This document shows positions 1 to 13,494 of a stretch of 64,000 nt of DNA, piece by piece. Position 1 is the first letter of the stretch. Each line of letters opens with the position of its first letter. Where the stretch lies: assembly GCF_009914755.1 (NCBI RefSeq), contig NC_060929.1, one strand, 5' to 3'. Position numbers and translations under genes: made by a program. Origin of the DNA: the human T2T-CHM13v2.0 reference genome, Homo sapiens. The notes under the pieces were generated by a model. It searched no databases. It was given only the letters and a program-made list of their open reading frames with translations, and was not told the DNA's origin.

Positions 1-326
1 AGGATGGGGAGCAAGTAATCCTCTTCCTCTAGTAACTTATCAAAGCAGTAACTACATTTACATGTCTACTGAAGGAAGAAATATTCTTCAAAATAAACAT
101 TTTATAAGAAATATTGCCCTACCTATACCCAATCACATAGAATTCCACAAAATATTTGTTTACCTCAAAGTTTAATGAATTTATTTAATATAAAACTTTA
201 ATAAAAATGTTTAATAAAAGTTTAGTCTTTAATCTTAATAAAGATTTCACAAAAGTCTAATCTAAAAATGTAAATATTAACATAAAAACCATAAATTTGC
301 CTTTTACTCTCACACATAGAGCATAC

Positions 327-390
327 CTTTCTGACTAATCGAAGTGCTTGTGTCCTCTCTACCTCGTTGCTCTGTTGTATGTCAATGCAC
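327..390 (-). CDS. RICTOR: RICTOR coding exon (exon 6, 64 nt)
   Basis: Reverse complement reads tag|G TGC ATT GAC ATA CAA CAG AGC AAC GAG GTA GAG AGG ACA CAA GCA CTT CGA TTA GTC AGA AAG|gtatg = (R)CIDIQQSNEVERTQALRLVRK; phase fits the preceding exon. Confidence 0.96.
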
Positions 391-1757
391 CTAAACAATA
401 CACAAAATATTAATCATTGATAAAATTCTATTAAACAACTTTTTGTATCACAATACTGATAGATGAAACCCATTTTCACAATGTCAATATGGTATATTAT
501 TGTTTTGGTATATGATTTCTCAGTACCAGCATATATTTATTTAATTAACCCATACATCTCGAGGGATAAATATCTGTCATTTAAAAGACCAATTTTTTCT
601 TTTAAAACGTTAGGAAAGAACAGTATAGTAATTTACAAGACTACATCTATTCATAAAGAAAGAATAATAAACATAAAGTGTAAAAAGTCTACTAAAAAAA
701 TTCACTTATCTCTGATAAAATTCAGACATTTTATAAAAATTGTAAAGGAAAAATAATTCAAGGCTGTTTTCATTTAATTGCAATTTTGACCAGGGCTTAA
801 ACTAAATTAGGCACTATCCATAAAAATTCTATCTTACCAAAATATAATTTGAATTCTGAATTCACTTCAAATATTGATGTCCAAACAAATAGCACCAAAC
901 TGACATTTCTTTGTAAAATTTATTAAATTATCCAGTTTTGAAAGTCTTTTATGTAGAAGCATAATTTTTATTTAGACAGTTCATTATTCTAATCAATGCT
1001 TTATATATAGATAGTCTGTGATTCAAAAAGCATTTCTTCTATCTGAATACAATTAATCTAAGGCAATCCTATTAAAATTCAAATGGACTTAGAATTCCAT
1101 TCCTGGCCATGTCAGAGATGAGAGGTTCTGACTGTCTTCCCAAAAACAACCAAGAAGATTTAAAAAAAAAAATACTTTACAGTATAAAACAACTGTTAAA
1201 AGGGCAATGAAGAATAATCCCTGAAAAAAGAAGCACAGGGAGCTCCACATTCAACCACATTTGTTCCCTGGGTGCATCTGTCAATGTCAATCCCTGGTCT
1301 TACGGGCAGAGTCCTAACAGAAAGCAGAAATCTGGCCGTACTGAAAAGACAGAGGTTTAACTTCAGGGCAGCCAAAGTAGCTGGGACTTGAGGGGTAAAA
1401 TCCCTGAGAGAAGAAAACAGAAGAAAGTGAGCTAAAATCTGCATGCAGTGTTCTCTCCAAGACACTTGTCAACATCCACATTGTGCAAAAGCAGAATTAC
1501 ACTCTAAGAAACAAAGGAACAGAGTATAGATTTCAGCAGAAACACAATACTCTAAGAAATAGGTAAAGGTTCAAGACTGGTTAAGGTGAAAAGATTCTGC
1601 TCAATATCTACACTCTGAGATCCTAAATAGCCACTGCTAGGAGCAAAGGCAAATCTAAAACCAAACTTTAACAGAATCAGTGTAATAAACCAACATACTA
1701 GAATAAAACTTAACTCTCTTACAAGGCAAATAACATGATCCTGAGACAACAATTGTG

Positions 1758-1995
1758 TTTTTTTGTTTGTTTGGATATTTTGTTTGTTTTTGAGACAGAG
1801 CTGGTGCCTTGGCCTCCTGAGTAGCTGGGATTACAGGTGTATGCCACCATGCCTGGCTAATTTTTGTTTTCTTAATAGAGACAGAGGTTTCGCCACATTG
1901 GCCAGGCTGGTCTCAAACTCCTGGCCTCAAGTGATCTGCCCGCCTAGGCCTCCCAAAATGCTGGGATTACAGGCATGAGCCACCAAGCCCAGCCC
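1758..1995 (-). mobile_element. Alu (S-type) with internal deletion in the right arm
   Basis: T-rich tail, then gagacagag joined almost directly to tgccttggcctcc; TSD caacaattgtg / caacaattttg. Confidence 0.9.
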
Positions 1996-2240
1996 CAACA
2001 ATTTTGAATACCAATGTTCACATTCTATCAGACAATATGAGGCACGGTTTAAAACAAACAAAGGACCAAGAACCAAAAACTAAGAAAAGAAAATGGCACT
2101 ACAAATAGAACACAGGTGATTCACATATTGGAGTTGTCAGAGGGGACTTCAAAGTAATTATGGTTAATATGCTAAAGAAAATAGAAGAAAAGATGAAGAA
2201 ATGAAGCGGAGACCTGAAATCTTTAAATAAAACTAAAATA

Positions 2241-2564
<324 letters not shown>

Positions 2565-5500
2565 CTAAAATAAATAATAAAATCATAACTGAAATTAAGA
2601 ATTCATGAGAGTCATTTACTAGCAGGATGAAAGGTTTTTAATAAACAGGTAAGTAGAAACTAAGCACACTGAAATACAAAGATTAACCACAACAAAACGT
2701 TGAAAAATACAATAATGGCATCAGAAACGTGGGACAGTGAAAAGATCCAACATGTGTATAGATGGAGTACCAATCAATAGGACAGAATATACAACAGAGA
2801 AAAAAAAAATCTTTAAAGCAGCCAGAGGTAAAAAGATATATCCCAAAGAAGCAACAAGAGAAGCTACTTATTGCTCAACTGTTAAAAGAAAAAAGAAAAA
2901 GAAATCTAGAAGACAACAACTGAAGCATTGAAAAATAAGTAACTGGTAGTGAAAACAGCCTTTGAACATGAAGGCAAAATAGAGGGATTTACAGACAAAA
3001 GATGACTAGCAGAACTTAATATATCAAGGATATATGTTCCAATCTCTAGGACAACTACTAAAAAGAAGGAAAGACTTCATAGCCAAGACACGAAAAGAGG
3101 AAAAATATTGTTATTTCAAAAGAAGCAAAAAAAAGGAGAAATACAAGAACAAAGAACATATGTGACAAATAGAATACAAATACCAAGATAGCAAACAAAT
3201 TCAAGTATTAGGAAGCTAGTAATGAGACAACAAACTCATAAATACACACAAATAATTACATTAGACAAAGTCCATAAATCATGCACATAATAAACCACTA
3301 GACATAAATAGTCTAAATACTCCAATAAGAAGACAAAGTTGGTCAAACCAGATATAAAAAAAGAAAAAAACTATATGATATTTACAGGGGAGACACTTAA
3401 TTGTAAAGACAAAAAAAGAAAGTAAAAGGATGGTAAAAGGTATACCATGCAACCACTAGGCAAAAGAAAGCTGGTAATGTATTATTAGATGACATGAACA
3501 CTCATAAAAGAAGTATTACTAGGAATAAAGAGGGTTATTTTATAATTATAAAAGGATTAAGCCCAATAAGAAGATTTAGCAGTTCTAAACATGAAGTAAC
3601 AACAAAGCTTCAAAATCTGAAACAAGAAAAAGAAAAGTCAGGAAGCATTATATGGGTGAAAAATAATTGAGTCTATAATTTTAAAACAGGCTGAAAAAGA
3701 AAACCCAGCCAGAGAGATCCATTAATGAATTATAATCATGTAGGACAAAAAAAAATACATATCTTACATATATTTTCCAGGTAATATGAAAACAAGGCCA
3801 TATTTCCCTAGTTGTTTTATAAAACAAACATACATACTCCCAATACTAAAACCAGACAAAGACTTTAGATGAATGGAAAAATAATGGTCAACAACTCTCA
3901 TGAACATAGGTGCAAAAATCTATAAAATATTAGCAAGGAAATTAAGTTACATATAAACAGAACAATATATCACAAATAGTGGTGTTTATTTAAAGAATGC
4001 AAACTAGGAATGTAAAGAAAATCTAGTAAAAGCTTATAGAAAGTATAAATAATGGTGAAATACTTAATGCTTTCCACCTGAGTTCAAGATCGAAACAAAC
4101 TTGTCCATTATTATCATTCCTATTCAGTGCAATATTCTAACTCATGTAGTAAGGTAAGAAAAAGATAAAGATTGGAAAGGAAGATATAAAATGGACATCA
4201 TCTGTAATTAATGCTTATACACATAGAAAATCCAAAGTAATCTACAAACAACCAGAACTGAAAAGTGAATTTGGCAAAACTGTTAAATAAGAGGTCAATA
4301 TCTCCAACAGGTCAATATCTCCCCCCAATTTTTTTATATATTAGTAGCAAAAACAGAAAAGAATGTTTTAAATTACATTAATACTATCAGAAAAATATCT
4401 TAGAATAAACTGAATAAATATGTTCAGGACTTCTGCAAAAAACAAACAAACACACACTACTAAATACTGTTGACAGAAATCAAAGTTTCCAATAAATAAA
4501 TGTTTAGAAAATTCAGTATGAAGATGTAAATTCACCCCAAATTAATCTAGAGCATCAATGCAATCCCTGCTAAAATCCCAGCAAGTTATGTGGATATGGA
4601 CTATCTTATTCTAAAACTTAGATGAAAATGCAGAACCCAGATTAGTCAAAATAGTCTTGAAGAAGCAAAATTAGACTCACATTAACAGATATCAAAACAT
4701 TATAGAACTGCAGTAGTTAAAACAGTTGAGAAACTGGTGCAAGGACAAATATACCAACTAAAGAGGATAGAGAACCCAACAATAGATTGCTACTGAACTA
4801 CCTGATTTACAACAAAGGTGACACAAATCTAGACGTGAAACGAAAATATTTTCAATAAAAGGTGCTAATTTTATTGGATATTCATAAAGATAAAAATGAA
4901 TCATGACTTGCCATCTATCTCATATCTTACACAACCATCAAATGAGATCAAATCAAGTAAGATGGTTCAAAGACTTAAACACGTATAAAGGAATAAAACC
5001 TTTAAAAGAAAACACAGATCTCTTCCAAATAGACAAAAAGCATTCTGGATTTCACTAATTATGAACTTTTGTTCATCAAAGACCCATTAAAAGAATGAAG
5101 AGGCAAGGCAAAGGCAAGGCAAACTGAAACAAGACATTTTCAATACATATATCTGTAAAGACTCATATCCAGAATACATCAAGAATTCCTACATAACAAG
5201 AAAGATAATCCAATTTACAAATGAGCAAAAGATAGGCTATCCAAACTTTCAACCAGCAAATGAAAAGTGCCTAACATCATCACTCACCGGGGAACACAAG
5301 TTAAAACCACAATGAGACCCCACACAAGAAAGGATATAACTAAAAACTGAAAATAGCAAGTGTTGATGGGGACACGGGGAGACTGAAACTCCTATACATA
5401 ATAGTAGAAGTATAATCAGTGCAATCATTTAGCAAACTATTTAGCAATATCTACTAAAGCTAAACATACATGTACCTTATAACCCAGAAATTCTAGTTCT

Positions 5501-5889
5501 ACATATACCTAAGAGAAATGAGTGCATTTCCTCTTCTATAAGAATATTCTTGCAGCCTTCTACAAGAACATTCAGGGCAGCTTTATTCCAAATAGTCAAA
5601 CACTGAAAACAACCCAGAAAAGCTTCAACAGAATGGAATAAATTGTGGTCTATTTATAAAATGAAATGTTACACAGCAAAAAAAAAAAAAAAAAAATCAA
5701 CATGTATGAATCTCAAAGATAATAATGAGAAGAAGAAAGAGTAATTACTGTATACGTCCAACACACAATGCTCAAGAACAGGAAAAACTAGTCTGCAATG
5801 GGAAAAGTCAGAATAATGTTTACAACTGATTGGAGATGTAACAGAGCTTTACTGGGATGCTGAAAATGTTCTAAATCTTGTTACTTGGT

Positions 5890-5923
<34 letters not shown>

Positions 5924-5933
5924 CACACACACA
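5890..5933. repeat. Compound microsatellite (TG)n(TA)n(CA)n
   Basis: Read directly from the sequence. Confidence 0.95.
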
Positions 5934-6041
5934 AAATTCATCAAAGTTACACTACAGTACAAATCTATACACTTTATGGCAGGCATGCTAAAAACTCAAC
6001 ACAAAATTTCAAAAATATATAAACAAGTCTAGGAAATTTAC

Positions 6042-6173
6042 CTAGCTATTAAATAGTCCACTTTCAATTTTAGCACCTTCTGGAGAATACTGGAGTCTTG
6101 GATGAGATATCGAAGCGCTCGTAGCCCTGCTGCTCGCACTTCTTTTGCTTCATTTAATAAAGCTAACCGCAAA
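6042..6173 (-). CDS. RICTOR: RICTOR coding exon (exon 5, 132 nt)
   Basis: cag|T TTG CGG TTA ... GCT AG|gtaaa; encodes (C)LRLALLNEAKEVRAAGLRALRYLIQDSSILQKVLKLKVDYLIA(R), visible in ORF 6038..6229. Confidence 0.97.
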
Positions 6174-7064
6174 CTGTATGAAAACAAACAAAATACAAGT
6201 TTTGCTGCACAGGTTTCAAATACACACAAAATTATATTACCAAATTATTCCTCAGCCAAAATATGCAAAAATTCTAGTCATGCACAGAATTCTAAGAGCA
6301 TTCTACATATATAAAAATTACTCACTCCAAGCCACACAATTTCACTTAGTGTTGTTTTTTTAAATCTGTGCCTCCTTAGTACATTCTTACCAATCAAGAA
6401 AATGTTATTGAGTTCTTTCTTACCTTCTGTACTTTATTTTATATAAACAATGGAAACAGCCTTTGTTTTATATAAACAATGGTACAGCCTTTTTCAAGCT
6501 GTACCATTTGTGTCTCTACAATCGAATATCCTCTCTCTGCCTACCTGGTTCCATACCTCCCAAAAATCATTGGTTTAAATCAATGATAATAATAATTTAT
6601 GCCAATAGCAGGCACAGACCTTTTATATCAATTTTAATTCCTAAGAGTACCTAAAAGATAGTTATAAAGCCATATAACATGCCTCTATTAGTGTGCATGG
6701 GCAAATCAAGTCTGTTGTAAGCACAAACTTTCTCTTAGGTAAGACCTAGAGTTATAGTTGTTCCTGGGAATAATATGAGAAATTTAGTCTGCAAATTTCA
6801 GATTTAATTTAAAAGTTTAAATTATAGAAGTCCAGATATTTTTGAACATTCACTTTGGTTCTTCATATTTAGTAATTAGAAAATATCACAAAGACTCACA
6901 AAAACAAAACTACTGTAGCTCTTAGATTTTTTCTAATGTTCAAGCAACTATTTCTATAAAATCAAATATGAGGTGCTGTATTATTCTATTTCTAGTTTAA
7001 AATTACTAAAATTAAAATTACTAAAATCTGAAAGGGATGGGAGGGGGGAATGAACCACACTTAC

Positions 7065-7129
7065 CAAATTATGATATCCTCATAGTGAAAGCCCAGTTTT
7101 TCTTCACTGTGGCCAATATCACAAAGAAG
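7065..7129 (-). CDS. RICTOR: RICTOR coding exon (exon 4, 65 nt)
   Basis: cag|CTT CTT TGT GAT ATT GGC CAC AGT GAA GAA AAA CTG GGC TTT CAC TAT GAG GAT ATC ATA ATT TG|gtaag = LLCDIGHSEEKLGFHYEDIII(C). Confidence 0.96.
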
Positions 7130-7971
7130 CTGTCAGAAAAACAAAATAAGTGTGCATTTATGTGTTGTATATTTTCACATATTTATATACATTATATATT
7201 TACACTGGAAAATAAGGTATTTTTATGGAATAATATTTTGAAAAATATGATTTTACTGTTCAAATCAGCAGCTTTATTTGTATCATCTATTTCTCATTTG
7301 ACCTGCCAGTTTTAAGTTTCTTTAATCTTTTATCTTTCCTGCCTTTTAAAAAATCATTTGTTTTCTATTATTCCATTTTCCTTCTCAATAATTTACTGTT
7401 TTAAAAATGGTTCTTTTAGTGGCTACTATTAAGATTACAACATGCATTGTTGACTTATCTAACAAAAAGTATCACTTCACAATGTCCTCAATGCCAGAAT
7501 CTCACACTTTAATTTCACTTTCTCCCCTCACATTTCACTTTACAATTGTTTTTTCTATCTTTTAAAAACTATACCGTATTACTGTTAATGGGTTTTAACA
7601 GTATTTAGTCAATATCAGTTTATATTTATTCACATATTTACCCTTTTTATTATTCATCATTTTGATGGTTCCTTATTGGGATATCTTCCTTTTACCTGAA
7701 GAACTCTGTTGTTGCTGTTGACTTGTTCTGTTAGTGTTTTAATTTTAGACCAGGTTGCTGGTAATGATTTTCTTGGTTTTTATTTCTCTGGAAATAATTT
7801 TTTTTTTTACATTGAAGTTTGAAGAATATTTTGCTGGATATTTAGAAGTTTAGGTTAGCTGCTATTTTCCTCCAACAGTTTCAAGATGGCCTCCACTATT
7901 TCAGTTGTGAAGTCTGCCATCAGTCTTATTGTTGACTCTTTTGAAAGTCATGTCATTTATTTCTCAAACTC

Positions 7972-8273
7972 TTTTTTTTTTTTTGAGACGGAGTCTCACT
8001 CTGTCACCCAGGCTGGAGTGCAGTGGCCTGATCTGAGATCACTGCAACCTCTGCCTCCCGGGTTCAAGTGATTCTCCCGCCTCAGCCCTCCGAGTAGCTG
8101 GGATTACAGGTGCCTGCCACCACGCCCAGCTAATTTTTGTATTTTTAGTACAGACGGAGTTTCACCATGTTGGCCAGGCTGGTCTCGAACTCCTGACCTT
8201 AGGTGATCCACGATCTGCCTGCCTAAGCCTCCTGAAGTGCTGGGATTACAGGCGTGAGCCACCGCACTGGGCC
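7972..8273 (-). mobile_element. AluSx-like
   Basis: Full Alu reverse complement with poly(T). Confidence 0.93.
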
Positions 8274-8283
8274 TCTCAGACTC

Positions 8284-8587
<304 letters not shown>

Positions 8588-10185
8588 TCTCACTCAGACT
8601 CTTTTAAAGACATCTTTCCTTATCTTTGGTTTCCAGCAATCTTATTACAATGTTTCTAGGTGTGGTTTCCTTTGTAGCTATCCTGCTTAGGGTAAACAAA
8701 ACTTCCTAAATCTCTGGGTTGATCTACTTCTGCAGTTTTGAAAAATTCTATACAATATATTTTCAAAACTACTTCTGTCCAAACTCTCCTTCTGGTAATT
8801 CAATTAAATGTATGCCAGATCTTCTCATGTGTATCACAAATCCGTAAATCCTCTTTTTTTTTTTTTCCATTTTATCTCAATGCTTCAGTTGAATATTTTC
8901 TATAACCTGTTTTCTGATGTGTCTAATCTTCTATTACATGTATCTAATGAGTTTTTAAATGTAGATACTGTATTATTCCCTTCTTGAATTTCCATTTAAT
9001 CCTTTTAGCCATTCCAATGTGCTAATGAAATTCTTCATTTCACATCAATTTTCTCCATACGTCCTCTATGTTCATGACATAGTTGTTACTGAAAATAGGT
9101 TTCATCTAATAAACCTGAATGATGTGGATCATCTCTGGATCTGTTATTAACTGTTTTCCCTTTTGTTCTAGTCATGTAATCCTGTCCTTTGGTAGCTCCT
9201 TAGTCTTTGATTGTATATAAAAACTTGCAAAGATTTGATGGTGTTATCTGTCTCCACAGAAGGTTCAGCCTTCTTTCTGTTAAACCACTAGATGGTGTTG
9301 AGTCCACGTTAGGTGGTTGCCCTGGTAAGACCAGGCCTACCTCTGCTTTTTCCCTGCCACCTGAAGTTTCAACTGAAAGCTTATTGTTAAGAAAACTAGT
9401 CCAAGGAGGATGAAAAATTTAATTTTTGTCCTGCAAACTCCATTCCTGATTTTCAAAGATTTTCTACTTAGGTTTTAAGTTTCTCATCCCAGGTAGCCCC
9501 AGGATTAAACAACTGAACTGAGGGGAGAATCTCCTCATGCTTGATGCATCTAGGTAGGACTCCACCAAAACCTCTGTGCTGTTTTTTGACTTTCGGCAAC
9601 AGTATTTCTGGGCCTAATGCTTGAATCCCGTTTCCTGCCCATACTTAACATCAGCAAGTGTCCCCTGGGAAAAAGTTGTTGAAGCAGCTTATTTGTACAA
9701 GATTCTCTCTTTTCTGAAAGGTTGGTGTCTGCACTTATTGTTGCCCGAGCAGCTTCCTGCTGCCTTCAAACAGGTTTTCCTAGTTTTCATTGAGAGCGGT
9801 GGTCTAATACTACCTTTATGGATCCCACCTGGATGAATATATGCCAGTTTAATCTAGATATGAGTCTGGAGAATTGACTTTTACCTAAAAGTTACATATA
9901 ATGTCCTTAATTGATTTATTGCGGCTAACTGAAATGGATTAAAGAGAAGATAAATCATTTATTTAACACTGAAGACCAAGAAGGGTCTCCAAAGTGCTAA
10001 TATTCTTTCTCAGTATGAAGTTATAAACATTGTAACCATACAGTATAAAGCAACCAAAGTGATCAACATATCACATCACATCCACGAGAAGCATGGACCC
10101 TAAGAAAAAGCTGATAAAAGTTCACTACCCTATTGGTAGGATAACTGTAAAAATTTCCTGTCCAATTTTTTCTTTAGAGGAAATA

Positions 10186-10281
10186 AGGGGAGGGAAGGGG
10201 AAGGGAGAGGAGGGGAGAGGAGGGGAGAGGAGGGGAGAGGAGGGGAGAGGAGGGGAGAGGAGGGGAGAGGAGGGGAGAGGA
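10186..10281 (+). repeat. Pure-purine tandem repeat (AGGGGAGAGG)n
   Basis: About seven near-perfect 10-mer units with G/A flanks. Confidence 0.95.
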
Positions 10282-10659
10282 GAGGAGGGGAGGGGAGGGG
10301 GTCCCAAACAGAATAGGGTAGGAGACAGGACTAGAATAGCTGCTATCAGATATTGCAACACTGCTGATATTACAATACTGGTATTCCTTAAAATTCTGAT
10401 ATGACGAACAAAGAGGCCTCAGACTTTCAAAGAGTATGTTTTTCTTTTGTTTTTACTGTCTTGTACAGTGTTGAAAGTAGTTACAAATTTAAGAGAATGC
10501 GTTTTTATACATACATATTTAAAATAACATAAAATTTTCTAAGTTTTGAGATAAAACTTCTATACCTCTAAAAAACCAACCATATACCTAAAATTAAAAG
10601 TGACAATGTGTTAGTAAAAAATATTTGCAACAAATATGGTAAGAAAAAGGTTAAGGCAC

Positions 10660-11032
10660 TGTATGTAGTTTGCTAGGGCTACTATAACATATGTCACAGA
10701 CTGGGTGGCTTAAACAACAGAAATGTACTTTTTCATAACTCTGGAGGCCAGAAATCTAAGATCAAGGTGTTGGCAGGGTTGTTGTTTTTTTAAAGTCTCT
10801 CTCCTTGCCTTACATATGGCTATTTTCTATATCTTCCTATGTGTATGTCTGTCTCCTAATCTACACTTTTTATAAGAGATTATATTAGATTAGGCCCACC
10901 CACCCATATGACCACATTTTTCTTTAATTATCTTTTTCAAAGGCCCTATCTCCAAATACAGTCACATTCTGAGGTATTGGAGGTTAGAAATTCAACATAC
11001 GAATTTTGACGAGACACAATTCAGCTCACAGC
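10660..11032 (-). mobile_element. MLT1-family MaLR solo LTR
   Basis: 'tttgctagggctactataac...cagactgggtggcttaaacaacagaaat' and 'ggccctatctccaaatacagtcacattctgaggta'. Confidence 0.8.
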
Positions 11033-11869
11033 ATTCCATCCTCACCTAGCAAACTAATACAGATCCTTATAATGTAAAAGGTTGAAACAAATTGAGGAAA
11101 AACTTCTCAGGACCCCAAAGAAGAACAGGCAAAGAAAATGTACAAGGAATTTACTGAAGAAATATAATTGACAAATAAATATGACATATATTCATTTTTC
11201 CTAAAACCCAAATCAAATGAATTGCAAAGTTCTACTTACAACTCACAAAAATGGCAAAATATTGTTTTAAATATTATTGTATATTATTTTATTATTGTAA
11301 ATATTTCAGAAAATAGTTTTAAATATTGTATATTACTATAATAGTTTTTAAATATATTGTAAAATATTATTTTAAATATTATTATATACTGGTAATGGGA
11401 TTGAAAACTGAAAATATTTTATAAAATAAATTGGAAAAATGCACTAGGATCAAGATCCACTTTTGGAGATTTATGTATTTTAAATTATTTTACTAATATA
11501 AAGTAGGTTCAAGTACAAGATGCTTATGACATTATTTATAACATTAAAGAAATGGGAATAAAATGTTTATAAAGGAGGAACTTCATGAGGCCATTAAAAT
11601 ACTGTAATATACAATCATAAGAAAAATATGCAGAATCTATTGCTAAATGGGGAAAAGATTCTGTAAGACATATTTCTTAAAAACACACTTTAAAAAAAAA
11701 GGATATACATCAAAATTTTAACACCAAAAATTTTTTTAACAACAACTCCTCTGCGTTTTTGTGTATTTTATAAATGTTCACAATTAAACATGTATCACAC
11801 CATCTAGGAATAGTTTTATATATAGTATTGATGAATACACACAGAAGTAACAATTATTGACTGGTAATC

Positions 11870-12005
11870 TTCTCAACCCTGGTAGTACTTCTGTAAATGA
11901 AAACAACTGAGGCTTAGAGAGGTTAATATGACTTCCTAAGGCCACAAAGCCTAATTAAGTGGTAAAGCTGGAAATCAGATCAAACCAGTTTGACGCCAGA
12001 GCCCA
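11870..12005 (-). mobile_element. MIR fragment
   Basis: MIR core 'aactgaggcttagagaggttaa..tgacttcctaaggccaca'. Confidence 0.75.
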
Positions 12006-13494
12006 CTATGAAAAATATTACTATAATTTTGTATTGAAATTATTTACACAGGGTTGGGGGTTAGGGGAAGTAAAAAACAATTGAACATTACCATCTTATT
12101 TCATTTCTCCAGCCTCAAATGTGGCATCAAGAATCTGGAGAACTGCACCCTGGCTATATATATACATAAAACAAATAAGAAAATTTAACTATTGTTTTCT
12201 CCAGAACTGCTAACTAAAAATATACCATTAAAAAAAAACTGCCCATTTCAAAGAATTAAAATATAAAAAACTGCACTTTCACTCCTTAAAATAATTTATT
12301 ATTTTAAAGATTTCTCACATATTTCAGAATACTAGCATTATCACTATGTGGTACCATACATGAGTAAGAAAGAAAAATATGGTCAGCTTACAGTGTTATC
12401 ATTACTTCATCCTTGGGAATATTCAAATATATATAATATAGAAAAATTAAGGTTAGAATTTGTTTATATCAACATACAAAATATTGTGCTTTCAAACTGG
12501 GAAAAAATGTTACTTTCTTAAATTATAATTTACACATATCAACTCAACTGCTTAAAAAGGGAGTATTTCCATTCCTCTGCTACAGTAATAATGAATGTTA
12601 ATAAAATGAAAGGTTGTAAAATTCTACAAATATACAAAGTCTTGTCCTTTAAAAGGTTGGTTTTTCCCCTAAGTGTGTACTTGACTCTCATTTCCTGCAT
12701 TATATTTTTCATACTTGCCAGTCAACCTTGTAGAAAACTATAGATTCAGAGAACACAATTTTCAAATTATCTACCTTCTCAGACGAGAAAAATATATGAC
12801 CATTTATCACTTAACATTTCCTAGAGTTAGCAGTTTTAGTGAAAAAGTTAAACAAAATTCAAAGGTATTATAATCTTAAAAAACAAACACGCACCATTTA
12901 AAAAGTGTTTAGAGAGGTGTGTCATTTTCTGATTATTAATGTCAATGCATCTCAAATGCAAGAAAAGTTTTTGAGAAAGATGCTGAATCAGCTGGAAACT
13001 GGAAAATCATAAATAACTAAAAAGAACAATTATGGCAGAAACACAATATATTTGTTATTAATTAGTGCCTATTTTCCAGACATAGTAAATGGAATTCAAT
13101 AATGGTTAAATTTAACCATTTAACCATTCAATAATGGTTAAATGCCTTCAGGTTGTTTCCAGGACTGTAGAAGAGGGCTTTAATCAGTCTTAAATGAAAA
13201 ACCTTTTGAATTAGAATTATCCCGAGCAGTGATTAAACTTTCTATGTGTAAATAAATTCACATATATATTGGGAATAGGAAAGAAGATAGTAATAGAATT
13301 CTAAATTTTGGATTATCAAAGAAATATTATACTTTCACTGCTAATCACTAAGAATTCATATATAAATCTCAAAATATTATGAATAAGAATGACTTTGATA
13401 CAAACTTCTTGTGATGACTACCTTACTAGTTATCTCCTAATTTAAATAACCAAACCCTAAAGTACACATTAAACTGTTTAGCTCTTTTTCTATG

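Noticed and set aside
463-756. 97-aa plus-strand ORF near exon 6
   Set aside because: AT-rich intronic sequence antisense to RICTOR with no recognisable homology.
6433-6492. Small tandem duplications (also ~4292-4322, 7000-7027, 28874-28894, 60790-60818)
   Set aside because: Ordinary slippage duplications of 11-30 bp with no sign of function.
10093-10404. 103-aa and 78-aa ORFs with RGGE/PLPSS repeats
   Set aside because: Translation of the purine tandem repeat.
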